From the NCBI GenBank assembly GCA_035701745.1, contig DASSRO010000088.1, positions 1 through 63,667 of the forward strand: a DNA stretch of 63,667 nucleotides, written 5' to 3'. Below are positions 46,921-55,583 of this stretch, in pieces (position 1 is the first letter of the stretch; the number at the start of each line of letters is the position of its first letter). The position numbers and the translations under genes are program-made. Source of the stretch: Candidatus Sulfotelmatobacter sp. Lineage in GTDB: Bacteria; Acidobacteriota; Terriglobia; Terriglobales; Acidobacteriaceae. The notes under the pieces were generated by a model. That model searched no databases. It saw only the letters and a list, made by a program, of their open reading frames with translations, and had not been told where the DNA came from.

Positions 46921-46957
46921 GAGAACTGAGAACTGAGAACTGAGAACTGAGAACTGA
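46921..46957. repeat. (GAGAACT)x5 heptamer array abutting the permease gene
   Basis: Five perfect units, 46921-46955. This is the same unit (CTGAGAA in another register) as the right arm at 37590-37641. Confidence 0.95.
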
Positions 46958-47868
46958 AACCCCTCCTCCAACGCGTCCTCTACACGCTCCCGGTCATCTG
47001 GCTGGTAGTCAGTCTCGTATTCCTGCTCATCCATCTGGTCCCCGGGGACCCCATCGCGCAAATGCTCGGCGAAGGCGCTCCCCCGGCCGACATCGCGGCC
47101 ACCCGCCACGCCTACGGTCTCGACGCTCCTCTTGGCGAGCAATACTGGCGTTATTGGAAGGGGGTGCTGCACGGCGATCTCGGCCGCTCCATCCGCTACA
47201 ACCAAACCGTCACCGGCCTGATCGCCCAGCGTTATCCCTACACGTTGCGGCTCACGCTGGCGTCGCTGTTCGTTGCAATCATCCTGTCCATCCCCGCGGG
47301 GGTGCGGTCCGCCACACGGCGCAATCGCTGGGACGATCGCCTGCTCTCCGTCGTCAGCCTGTTCGGGTTGTCATTTCCCAACTTCGCACTCGGCCCCATT
47401 CTCATTTTGCTGTTCGCTATCAAAGCGGGATGGCTGCCGGTTTCCGGCGCCGGATCGTTCGCTAATCTCGTGCTGCCGGCCCTGACCATGGGCGGCGCGC
47501 TCGCTGCCATTCTCACCCGCATGGTGCGCACCTCCATGCTCGAAGAACTCAGCCAGGACTACATTCGCACCGCCCGCGCCAAAGGTCTTTCCGAACGCAT
47601 GGTGGTTTATCGTCATGCCCTGCGCAATGCGATGATTCCGGTGCTTACCGTGCTGGGGCTGCAGTTCGGCGCGCTCCTGGCGGGCGCGATCGTCACCGAA
47701 AAAATCTTCTCCTGGCCCGGCATCGGCCGCCTCACCGTCGATGCCATCTCCGCCCGCGACTATTTCCTGGTGCAAGGCTGCATCCTCGCGATTGGACTGA
47801 CGTACGTGGCCGTGAACTTCCTGACGGACGTGCTCTATTCAGTGGCCAACCCCAGAATCCGCCAATAG
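46954..47868 (+). CDS. ABC transporter permease, DppB/OppB-like (start codon unresolved)
   Basis: The frame is open from 46951, after an in-frame TGA at 46948. The conserved TM1 and PGDP motif (LLQRVLYTLPVIWLVVSLVFLLIHLVPGDP) lie upstream of the first ATG (47062). The only near-cognate start is CTG 46954, inside the last repeat unit. The rest is a typical BPD_transp_1 permease. Confidence 0.7.
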   Translation: MKPLLQRVLYTLPVIWLVVSLVFLLIHLVPGDPIAQMLGEGAPPADIAATRHAYGLDAPLGEQYWRYWKGVLHGDLGRSIRYNQTVTGLIAQRYPYTLRLTLASLFVAIILSIPAGVRSATRRNRWDDRLLSVVSLFGLSFPNFALGPILILLFAIKAGWLPVSGAGSFANLVLPALTMGGALAAILTRMVRTSMLEELSQDYIRTARAKGLSERMVVYRHALRNAMIPVLTVLGLQFGALLAGAIVTEKIFSWPGIGRLTVDAISARDYFLVQGCILAIGLTYVAVNFLTDVLYSVANPRIRQ

Positions 47869-47898
47869 CCGGCGTGCCTAACTCGTGTGCTCTTGACT

Positions 47899-47933
47899 CC
47901 ACGTATAAACGTGATCCACGTAAAATACGTGGA
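47899..47933 (+). promoter_or_regulatory. two palindromic candidate operators upstream of the vapB-like gene
   Basis: CCACGT-ATAA-ACGTG (47899-47913) and the perfect TCCACGTA-AAA-TACGTGGA (47915-47933), 9 nt before the ATG at 47942. A TTGACT hexamer lies at 47893-47898. Confidence 0.4.
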
Positions 47934-47941
47934 CAAGCGAA

Positions 47942-48179
47942 ATGGCAAAGCAGAATCTTACACTTAGCCTCCCGCAGCATACGATTCGCAAGGCCAAAAT
48001 CCTGGCTGCGCGCCGTGGTTCCTCTATCAGCGGGCTTGTGGCTCAACAGATTGAGGATTCTCGCTGGCGAAGAAGAAGCCTATGATCGCGCTCAGCGTCA
48101 GGCCAATGTGCTGCTTGATCAAGGTTTTCACCTTGGGGGCGTAATTCGCGCTTTCCGGGACGAGTGGCATGAACGCTAA
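47942..48179 (+). pseudogene. vapB: VapB-type (ribbon-helix-helix-like) antitoxin gene with an apparent 1-nt frameshift
   Basis: Frame 1 (47942-48085): MAKQNLTLSLPQHTIRKAKILAARRGSSISGLVAQQIED then nonsense and TGA. The expected continuation ..LAGEEEAYDRAQRQANVLLDQGFHLGGVIRAFRDEWHER runs in another frame to TAA 48179. The total span is 238 nt (3n+1). Confidence 0.55.
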
Positions 48180-48585
48180 GACTTTCGTCGACACAAACGT
48201 CCTGATTTATGCCCACGATGTTGACGCCAAAGCCAAACACGCTATTGCTAAAGAAATCCTGCGCGAACTCTGGCGTCAGCGCTCCGGCGTTCTGAGCGTG
48301 CAGGTGTTGCAGGAATTTTATGTGAACGTTACCCGCAAGATTCCATCCCCACTGCCAAGAGACGCAGCGAGACTCGTAGTCAACATCTATTCCATTTGGT
48401 GCACCGAAACTACACCGACAGAAACCGTAGAGGCTTTTCGCATCGAAGACGAATCGCGTATCAGCTTTTGGGAGGTGTTGATGGTCGCATCCGCGGTCAA
48501 ATGCGGGGCAACGCGAATTCTCTCGGAGGATCTGAACGAGCAAAAAATTGCGGGTGTACGGATCGAGAACCCGTTTACCAAGTGA
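48169..48585 (+). CDS. vapC: PIN-domain toxin VapC
   Basis: 138 aa. Acidic PIN residues occur in FVDTNVLIY, VLQEF and LSEDLN. Its start overlaps the antitoxin reading frame by 11 nt. Confidence 0.85.
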   Translation: MNAKTFVDTNVLIYAHDVDAKAKHAIAKEILRELWRQRSGVLSVQVLQEFYVNVTRKIPSPLPRDAARLVVNIYSIWCTETTPTETVEAFRIEDESRISFWEVLMVASAVKCGATRILSEDLNEQKIAGVRIENPFTK

Positions 48586-48631
48586 GAAAGATTGAGAAAA
48601 GCGGGGCGTGGCCGCCCCGCCCTGAATCAAA

Positions 48632-49108
48632 CTACGCTGCTGCGGGTCTCAGTTTCTTCATCCGCTCTTCCATGTCCTTGGGTGACACATCTTCCACGTG
48701 AGTGGCGACGCCCCACAGGTGTCCGAACGGATCTTGAATAAATCCGGAGCGGTCGCCGTAGAACTGATCCTCCACCGGCTTCAGGATTCTCGCGCCCTCG
48801 GCGGCTGCGCGCTTTACCACGCTGTCCACGTCAGGAAGGTAAACATACAAGCTCACCGGGCTTTGGCCGATGGTAGCCGCGCTGGTGTGTCCCTGCCCCA
48901 TGCTGGGATTTTCGTCGGCGAGCATGAGGTGCGAGTTCCCGATCTTTAGTTCCGCGTGGCCCACCTTGCCGTCGGGCCCATTCATGCGAAACAGTTCGGT
49001 CGCGCCAAAGACTTTCTTGTAGTAGTCAATGGCCTGGGCTGCGCCCTTGATGATGAGGTAAGGGGTGATGGTGTTGTAGTCTTTGGGAATATACGAGACG
49101 TTACTCAT
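48632..49108 (-). CDS. VOC (glyoxalase/bleomycin-resistance fold) family protein, PhnB/YjdN-like
   Basis: 158 aa. TPYLIIKGAAQAIDYYKKVFGA...GKVGHAELKIGNSHLMLADE...D.FGH.W pattern. Confidence 0.75.
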   Translation of the reverse strand: MSNVSYIPKDYNTITPYLIIKGAAQAIDYYKKVFGATELFRMNGPDGKVGHAELKIGNSHLMLADENPSMGQGHTSAATIGQSPVSLYVYLPDVDSVVKRAAAEGARILKPVEDQFYGDRSGFIQDPFGHLWGVATHVEDVSPKDMEERMKKLRPAAA

Positions 49109-49419
49109 GATTTTCCTCCTATTTTGAATGTTGGCTAGGGTTGGAGGTTAAGGCGCGTATGCCGACCGGGCCCGGCGGTCCGGCGCTTCTCTTTATGAGA
49201 ACACATCTGGTGGCCGAACCTCAAGGTTCGAACCGACAACCTTGGAATCTTCTGCAGGGGCTGTTTCTGTAACGATCTCACCTGCGGACCTCACCGGCGT
49301 TGTCGTCCTGAGCGGAGCGGATCCTTACATTCACAAGCACGTGCGTAGGGGTCGTCGGGGGGGAAGTTGAAATCATAACCGTCATTTTCATCTCGAGATG
49401 TGGTAGTTGTATTGAGTTC

Positions 49420-50289
49420 ATGTCAACTGCTGGCATCTCCTTTCGCCGCCGTGTTGCCGGAAACGCCCGCCACAATCCGCTGGCGGCCATCGGTGTGGTG
49501 CTGGTCGTAATCTTTGTTATCTTCGCCCTGTTCGCACCCTGGATCGCGCCGCAGGATCCCGCTTCCATTCATCTACCCGCTCGCCTCGATTCTCCGTCGC
49601 GCGGCCACTGGTTTGGTACCGACGAATTGGGGCGCGACATTTTCTCGCGCGTTGTCTATGGCGCCCGCATCTCCATGGTGGTGGGGAGTTGCGTTGTGCT
49701 GACGTCGCTCGCGCTGGGGTTGATTATTGGCTCGATCGCCGGATATTACGGCGGCGGCATAGACCGCTTCGTTAACGTTGTGCTGATGAACGCGTTCCTA
49801 TCTTTTCCAGGAATCCTGCTGGCGATTGCGTTCATCGCATTTCGAGGCCCCGGGATCTTTAATCTGGTACTCGCACTTTCGCTGGGCGGTTGGGTGGGAT
49901 ACGCGCGGTTGGTTCGCGGACAAGTCCTCGCCGCCCGCGAGCGCGAATTCGTCGAAGCCGCGCGCGCCCTGGGGGCGAGCGACCTGCGCATCATCGTCAG
50001 GCACATCCTTCCGAACATCATTCAACCCGTGGTTGTCCAAGCGGCGATTGGCATGGCTGGAGCCATCCTCGCCGAGGCCACTATGAGTTTCTTGGGTCTG
50101 GGCGTGCCTCCGCCGACCGCCAGTTGGGGAGCCATGCTGAATGACGGCCGCGCCCACCTGTTCGACGCGCCTTATCTGGTGCTGTTTCCCGCGCTCGCTG
50201 TAATGCTGGCGGTGTTAAGTTTCAACTTCATCGGCGACGCCCTGCGGGACTATCTCGACCCGCGTTCGCGGATCGAGGCGGGACTCTAG
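49420..50289 (+). CDS. ABC transporter permease, DppC/OppC-like
   Basis: 289 aa. N-terminal OppC_N-like segment (NPLAAIGVVLVVIFVIFALFAPWIAPQDP, HWFGTDELGRD) and the EAA loop EAARALGASDLRII. Confidence 0.85.
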   Translation: MSTAGISFRRRVAGNARHNPLAAIGVVLVVIFVIFALFAPWIAPQDPASIHLPARLDSPSRGHWFGTDELGRDIFSRVVYGARISMVVGSCVVLTSLALGLIIGSIAGYYGGGIDRFVNVVLMNAFLSFPGILLAIAFIAFRGPGIFNLVLALSLGGWVGYARLVRGQVLAAREREFVEAARALGASDLRIIVRHILPNIIQPVVVQAAIGMAGAILAEATMSFLGLGVPPPTASWGAMLNDGRAHLFDAPYLVLFPALAVMLAVLSFNFIGDALRDYLDPRSRIEAGL

Positions 50290-50330
50290 TCCGCCACCGT
50301 CTTAGCCTCCGAAAAAATGAGCCCGCGAGT

Positions 50331-52241
50331 TCAGCCTTCCATCGTTGAAGTGTCTCCAGCATCAGTTCCGGCTTCTTTGGCTTTCAGGAAACGGCGAAGA
50401 ATTTTGCCGGACCGAGTTTTTGGCAATGACGTTACAAACTCCAACGATGATGGAGTTGCGATAGGGCCCAGTTCGCGACGGACATGTTCGATGAGAGTTG
50501 CCGCCAGCGCATCGGAGGCAGTGTGATCGGAGCGGACTTGCACGAAAGCCTTGATGCACTCGCCCTTGAGCGGGTCGGGGATGCCGATGGCGGCGGCTTC
50601 GGCGACGGCGGGATGCGAGACCAGGGCGCTCTCGACTTCAGCGGTACCGATGCGGTGTCCGGCGACGTTGAGCACGTCGTCGGAGCGGCCGAGTACGGCG
50701 ATGTATCCGTCCTTGTCTTTCATGGCGACGTCGCCGGTAACGTAGAAGCCGGGGAAAAAGTTCCAGTCGCGTTCGTAGCGGGCAGGATCGCGCCACACGG
50801 TGCGCAGCATACAGGGGAAGGGGCGCTTGAGGACGAGACGTCCGCCAACTCCTGGAGGCACGGGGTGGCCGTCCTCATCGAGCACATCGGCTTCGGCACC
50901 GGGTAAGGCGACTCCCACTTTGCCCGGACGCATCGCCATGGAGGGAGCGGTTCCGAGCGCAGGTCCGCCTAGCTCGGTTTGCCACCAGTTGTCGATGACA
51001 TATCCCCACTTGCCGTCGCCGGCGAGATGAGTTTGTGCCCAGCGCCAGGCTTCGGGATTCAGAGGTTCGCCGGCGCATGCGATCACACGAAGCGTGCTCA
51101 AATCGTGGGCGGCGGGGTAACTTTCGCCGTAGCGCATAAACATGCGCAAGGCCGTGGGCGCGGTAAACATTTTCGTAACGCCATAACGCTCGACGATTTC
51201 CCAGGCGGTGCCGGGATTGGGGAAGTCGATGGCGCCTTCGCGAAACAGCGTGGTGACGCCGGCGCAGAGCGGGGCGTAGACGATGTAGGAATGGCCGACG
51301 ACCCATCCAATGTCGGAAGTGCACCAGAAAATGTCGCGCTCGCCCACGTCGAAGAAACTTTCCAGATGGTAGGTGGTTCCGACCATGTATCCACCATGGA
51401 CGTGCAAAACGCCTTTCGGTTTTCCGGTGGAGCCGGAAGTGTAGAGCAGGAAGAGCGGATCTTCGGCGTCCATTTCCTCCGCAGGACAATCGGGCGGGAA
51501 GTTGAGCAGGTCGTTGAAATCAATTTCGCGCGGGGCGGTAATCCGGATTTTGGCGCGCGAATGGATGACGACTTTCTGGACGCAGTCGAGCGAATCCAAA
51601 GCTTCGTCGACGATGGCCTTGAGGGCGATGGCTTTGCCACGGCGATAGCCGACGTCGCCGGCGATGACGATTCTTGCTTGCGCATCGGTGATGCGGTCGC
51701 GGAGCGCGGTGTGTCCGAGGCCGGCATAGACCACCGAATGAATTGCACCGATGCGGGCGCAGGCCAGCATAGCTATGACGCCTTCGATGGTGAGCGGCAT
51801 GTAAATGACGACGCGGTCGCCCTTGACGACACCCAAGGATTTCAATCCGTTGGCGAAACGGCAGACCAGACGGTAGAGCTGGCCGTAGGTGACGATGCGC
51901 TCCGAGCCGTCCTCGCCCAGCCAGATGAAGGCGGCGCGATTGCAGCGGTCGGAGTTGGCATGGCGGTCGAGTGCGTTCGTGGTGATGTTGGTTTTCGCGC
52001 CTGGAAACCATTGGTGATGGACACCGTCCCATTCGAGAACTTTGTTCCAGGGTTGCGACCACTCAAAACGGCGCGCATAGTCCGCCCAGAACCCTTCCGG
52101 ATTCTTCAGCGAGCGCTCGCGTTCCCCGGTCCAATCTTTTTGCAAAACGTTGTCGGCGACGATGGCAGGCGCCGCGTATTCCTGGTCGAGGGCAAGCAGG
52201 TTGGAAATATTTTCTGGCTTGGCGAGGGGAATGGCGCTCAT
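50331..52241 (-). CDS. AMP-forming acyl-CoA synthetase, acetate/propionate--CoA ligase family
   Basis: 636 aa from MSAIPLAK (AGGAGG Shine-Dalgarno 7 nt upstream). Motifs YTSGSTGKPKGV, GEPL, WWQTE(L)GG, and C-terminal PKTRSGKILRR with the conserved regulatory Lys. Confidence 0.85.
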   Translation of the reverse strand: MSAIPLAKPENISNLLALDQEYAAPAIVADNVLQKDWTGERERSLKNPEGFWADYARRFEWSQPWNKVLEWDGVHHQWFPGAKTNITTNALDRHANSDRCNRAAFIWLGEDGSERIVTYGQLYRLVCRFANGLKSLGVVKGDRVVIYMPLTIEGVIAMLACARIGAIHSVVYAGLGHTALRDRITDAQARIVIAGDVGYRRGKAIALKAIVDEALDSLDCVQKVVIHSRAKIRITAPREIDFNDLLNFPPDCPAEEMDAEDPLFLLYTSGSTGKPKGVLHVHGGYMVGTTYHLESFFDVGERDIFWCTSDIGWVVGHSYIVYAPLCAGVTTLFREGAIDFPNPGTAWEIVERYGVTKMFTAPTALRMFMRYGESYPAAHDLSTLRVIACAGEPLNPEAWRWAQTHLAGDGKWGYVIDNWWQTELGGPALGTAPSMAMRPGKVGVALPGAEADVLDEDGHPVPPGVGGRLVLKRPFPCMLRTVWRDPARYERDWNFFPGFYVTGDVAMKDKDGYIAVLGRSDDVLNVAGHRIGTAEVESALVSHPAVAEAAAIGIPDPLKGECIKAFVQVRSDHTASDALAATLIEHVRRELGPIATPSSLEFVTSLPKTRSGKILRRFLKAKEAGTDAGDTSTMEG

Positions 52242-52716
52242 GCGAAAACCTCCTGAGAGCGAAGGTGACGACCCGGGGGACGAGGGGGATTCTGCTGCCG
52301 TAGCGGTTGACGGACAGTGATCACGATCACAAACCGATGTGTTTCTGCGCGAGAAGAGAAAGAAACGCCGGGGATATGGGTAACCAGCAAGTGCCACGCT
52401 GGACGCGCCAATTGTGCGGGCCCGGGCAGATGGCGCGGTAGATCTAGCAAGTTCGCTCACAGCTCGCAAACGGGCTCGGAGTGATGCGAATCACAACAGT
52501 CCGTGCGCGTCCGCACGGCGCGACATGAGTTTCCATCCTACTGTCGCATCCCGTTGCACCCAAAAACTTGGGAGAAAAGATCGGTCCCAAACTGGGAAAC
52601 GCGGTCGCGAGGCACAAGACGCGTGAGCCTCACGATGATGGAACTTGCTGACGCGTCATCAGGCCCCCGATGGCACTCGCAAGAGAACTGCTCCCGCGAA
52701 GGAGGAAAAATCAATC

Positions 52717-54684
52717 ATGCTGAAGGTGAAGCGATGCATTTGTAGCGCCCTACTCGTAGTCGTAACCGTTGCACCCGCCCTGGCAGGGACCAAGACCGCC
52801 AGCGACATTAAAGCGCCCGCAGAAAGTGCTTCCGAGCCGGCCGCGCCGCCCGCAGGTGGTGCGAACCCGACAATAGGTTCGGGGGGCAATCCGAACATTA
52901 CAGCTCTGTTGGGCGTGTTGGTTATGAAGGGGGTGCTCTCGGCGAGTGAGGGGAACGCAATACGCAACGCGGCTCCCGAGGCGGAGCTTCAATTGCTTGT
53001 GGAGGCGCTAGCACGCAAGGGAGTGGTGAGCGCGGCAGATATGCCGGCGGTGAGGACTCCCAGCCCGCAAGTGAATGCAGCGGTCGCAGTGGCAGTTCCG
53101 GCGGCAGCGAGTGCAGCCCAAGCAACAACTCCAAAAGAAACTAAGCCGTCCGGACCCGCGGTGGTGGCGGCGATAGTTCCGCTGCGAGTGCTGCCGATCG
53201 ATCCGCCCGTGAAAGATGGCCTGAGAGCGGCTTTCACGCTGGGCCCAGTTAAGATGACGCCGTACGGATTTCTAAAGGCGACGGCGGTTTACGACACCAG
53301 CAATCCGAATGGCGACGACATGCCGTTTCCGGGCTTGTTCCTGTCGTCGACGTCGATCTTGAACACGGGGCCGACGAAGAATCCCGAATTCCACTTGAAG
53401 GCGCGGTCGGCGCGCATTGGAGCGAACTTTGAATTTCCCGACATGGCGTCAAGACTCACGCTAACCGGGCGAATCGAAGGCGATTATGAGGGCAACTTCA
53501 GCGAAGTGGACAACCGGGACGTCTCGTCGATTCGCAGCAGCATGTTCTCGTTCCGCCAGGCATGGGCCCGTTTGGACTATGCAGCCGGCGAGAGGACGGA
53601 TATCTACTTCGAGGGCGGGCAGGACTGGACGCTGTTCGGCTCCAGCGCATTGCCGAATCTTCTGGAGACGACGGCCCTGGGGTATTGGTACGGTGACATC
53701 TATGAGCGGTCTCCGCAATTCCAGTTTGGATTGGTGCAGAAGCTGGGTGGTTCTCGCAATCTGAAGCTGGCTCCGACATTTGCAATCATGATGCCGAGCA
53801 CCGGGCAAATTGAGAAGCTCGGGACTCTGGGGCTGCAGGGGCAAATCGCACAGGCCGAGCGGGAAGGGGCAGACTCGGGGCGTCCGGAGTTCGAAGGCCG
53901 ACTGATGGCGCAATTTCAGCTGGACAAAGCGCCTGGAGTAGCGCCGGCACAAATATTCTGGAGCGGGTTTCGAGCGAAGCGCACCTCGATCGTGACCAGC
54001 GATCAGATGGGCACCGCACCAGGTGCTTATGCGGCTGCGTTTCCCAATGGCTTTACCGCTTCCAGCCCAATGTATGGGAACCAGGTCGGCCTGCAGTTGC
54101 CCACGCGATGGGCGACCCTGGTAGCGAGCGCATACTTCGGCGGGGATTTGCGCTTCTTCTTTGGCGGGCAAGTCAACTCGTTTTACACCGACATCGGTGG
54201 TCTGACGAATCCAATCACGTTCAAGTCGGTCGATGGAGGCCCGCTGGCTGCGGCTGGCGCGCCCACTCTGGCAACGAACGCGGCGGGACAGGTCGTGGTA
54301 GCTCCAGAAAAACCGATTCGTGCGTTTGGGGGATTCGTCAACCTGGGCCTGCCGCTGTCGCGGTGGTTCAAGGCTGATCCCAAGGGCCACAATGCGGGCT
54401 GGCAACTCTACCTGCACATGGGCAAGGATCAGGTGGTGCACAACGAACTGACCAATCCGAATGCCGGAGCGGCGGCCAATGTTCTTTCTCCGCTGCCGCT
54501 GTTGATGGGCAAGCTGACGGCGGCGACGCTCTATTACAAAGTCAATCCGTATGTCACATTCGGCTTCGAGGAATCGATCTATGCTACGCGCCTTGTGCCC
54601 GGCGCTACCTACACGATCGCGGGTAAGCCCAGCAACGAGTGGCAGGATCATCGCAGCGAGTTCGGACCGATCTTCACATTTTAG
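52717..54684 (+). CDS. putative outer-membrane beta-barrel porin
   Basis: Signal peptide (MLKVKRCICSALLVVVTVAPALA). Ala/Pro-rich linker with two KGV(L/V)SA-type short helices. Long region of alternating beta-strand-like sequence rich in G/Y/F. C-terminal ..GPIFTF ending in Phe. AGGAGG Shine-Dalgarno upstream of 52717. Confidence 0.5.
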   Translation: MLKVKRCICSALLVVVTVAPALAGTKTASDIKAPAESASEPAAPPAGGANPTIGSGGNPNITALLGVLVMKGVLSASEGNAIRNAAPEAELQLLVEALARKGVVSAADMPAVRTPSPQVNAAVAVAVPAAASAAQATTPKETKPSGPAVVAAIVPLRVLPIDPPVKDGLRAAFTLGPVKMTPYGFLKATAVYDTSNPNGDDMPFPGLFLSSTSILNTGPTKNPEFHLKARSARIGANFEFPDMASRLTLTGRIEGDYEGNFSEVDNRDVSSIRSSMFSFRQAWARLDYAAGERTDIYFEGGQDWTLFGSSALPNLLETTALGYWYGDIYERSPQFQFGLVQKLGGSRNLKLAPTFAIMMPSTGQIEKLGTLGLQGQIAQAEREGADSGRPEFEGRLMAQFQLDKAPGVAPAQIFWSGFRAKRTSIVTSDQMGTAPGAYAAAFPNGFTASSPMYGNQVGLQLPTRWATLVASAYFGGDLRFFFGGQVNSFYTDIGGLTNPITFKSVDGGPLAAAGAPTLATNAAGQVVVAPEKPIRAFGGFVNLGLPLSRWFKADPKGHNAGWQLYLHMGKDQVVHNELTNPNAGAAANVLSPLPLLMGKLTAATLYYKVNPYVTFGFEESIYATRLVPGATYTIAGKPSNEWQDHRSEFGPIFTF

Positions 54685-54760
54685 GCGTCACATGGATCGA
54701 AACCTGCGGATGATTGTTGAAGGCCGGGACTACAATGGCTGGCCGGGTTTTGAGGTTCTG

Positions 54761-55474
54761 ATGAATCTGCACAAACAAATCGTCCTGCCCAGCCTGCTGT
54801 TGATTGCCGTGTTCGCAAACGCAGTTACGAAGCAGACCGGAAGGATTACAGTTCTGGAGTCGCAAGCCGAATGGGTAATTCTCGACGATAGCGGCGTGCC
54901 CCGAAATTGCGACGCGGTGAATTTCGATGCCTATTGCCATAACAGCAAGACGACCCAACTTACGAACACGTTGCTAGTGCAGGAAGGCGAGCAACCTCCA
55001 TTCCGCATCGCGTGCACGGTCGATACGAAATGGTCGAGGTGTGTGCAGTTGCCAACGGGAAGAAGCTTCGAGTACACCCGCGAAAAGCGCGGCGTGGTGG
55101 TGTACTACGAGGACGTCAAGGGCAAGGTGCGAAAGCACCTGTACTCTCTGATCGCGGCTGATGGAAGCGAGGCACTGGCAGCGACACCAATGCCAGTTGC
55201 GGTTTCCGCCGCCGAGAATAACGCGCGGGCTCCCATAAAGGCCAGCGTGAGCCCGGGTGACACCGTGAAATGCATTTTCCGCTCGATCCCGTCAGGGGCT
55301 GAAGTTGCACTCGACGGAAGATACATTGGGAGCACGCCGTCAGTGGTAAACATTCAGCCTGGTAGTCACGCTGTTCTGGTTGCGCTCCCCGGTTTTGCGG
55401 AGTGGAAACGGAATCTAACGGTTTCGGCGGAATCGGCAGTTACGGTGAATGCAATTTTGAAAACAGAGAAGTAG
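54761..55474 (+). CDS. PEGA domain-containing secreted protein
   Basis: Signal peptide MNLHKQIVLPSLLLIAVFANA. C-terminal PEGA-like domain (IFRSIPSGAEVALDGRYIGSTPSVVNIQPGSHAVLVALPGFAEWKRNLTV). Confidence 0.6.
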   Translation: MNLHKQIVLPSLLLIAVFANAVTKQTGRITVLESQAEWVILDDSGVPRNCDAVNFDAYCHNSKTTQLTNTLLVQEGEQPPFRIACTVDTKWSRCVQLPTGRSFEYTREKRGVVVYYEDVKGKVRKHLYSLIAADGSEALAATPMPVAVSAAENNARAPIKASVSPGDTVKCIFRSIPSGAEVALDGRYIGSTPSVVNIQPGSHAVLVALPGFAEWKRNLTVSAESAVTVNAILKTEK

Positions 55475-55583
55475 GGAAGTGAATTAGGGGCTGAGATTTG
55501 GCGCGAAGAAGTGGCCGGGATCCCCTAGTGCTTCAAGGGAAGGGGTTTCGCGGCTGTTCGATTCATTCTCAAAGGAGAAAAAT

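Noticed and set aside
49211-49245. GGTTCGAACC, a T-loop-like sequence that might mark a tRNA gene or tRNA-derived att site at the edge of the vapBC/VOC insertion.
   Set aside because: I could not fold a cloverleaf. There is no acceptor stem or anticodon arm, and the sequence is just a local palindrome.
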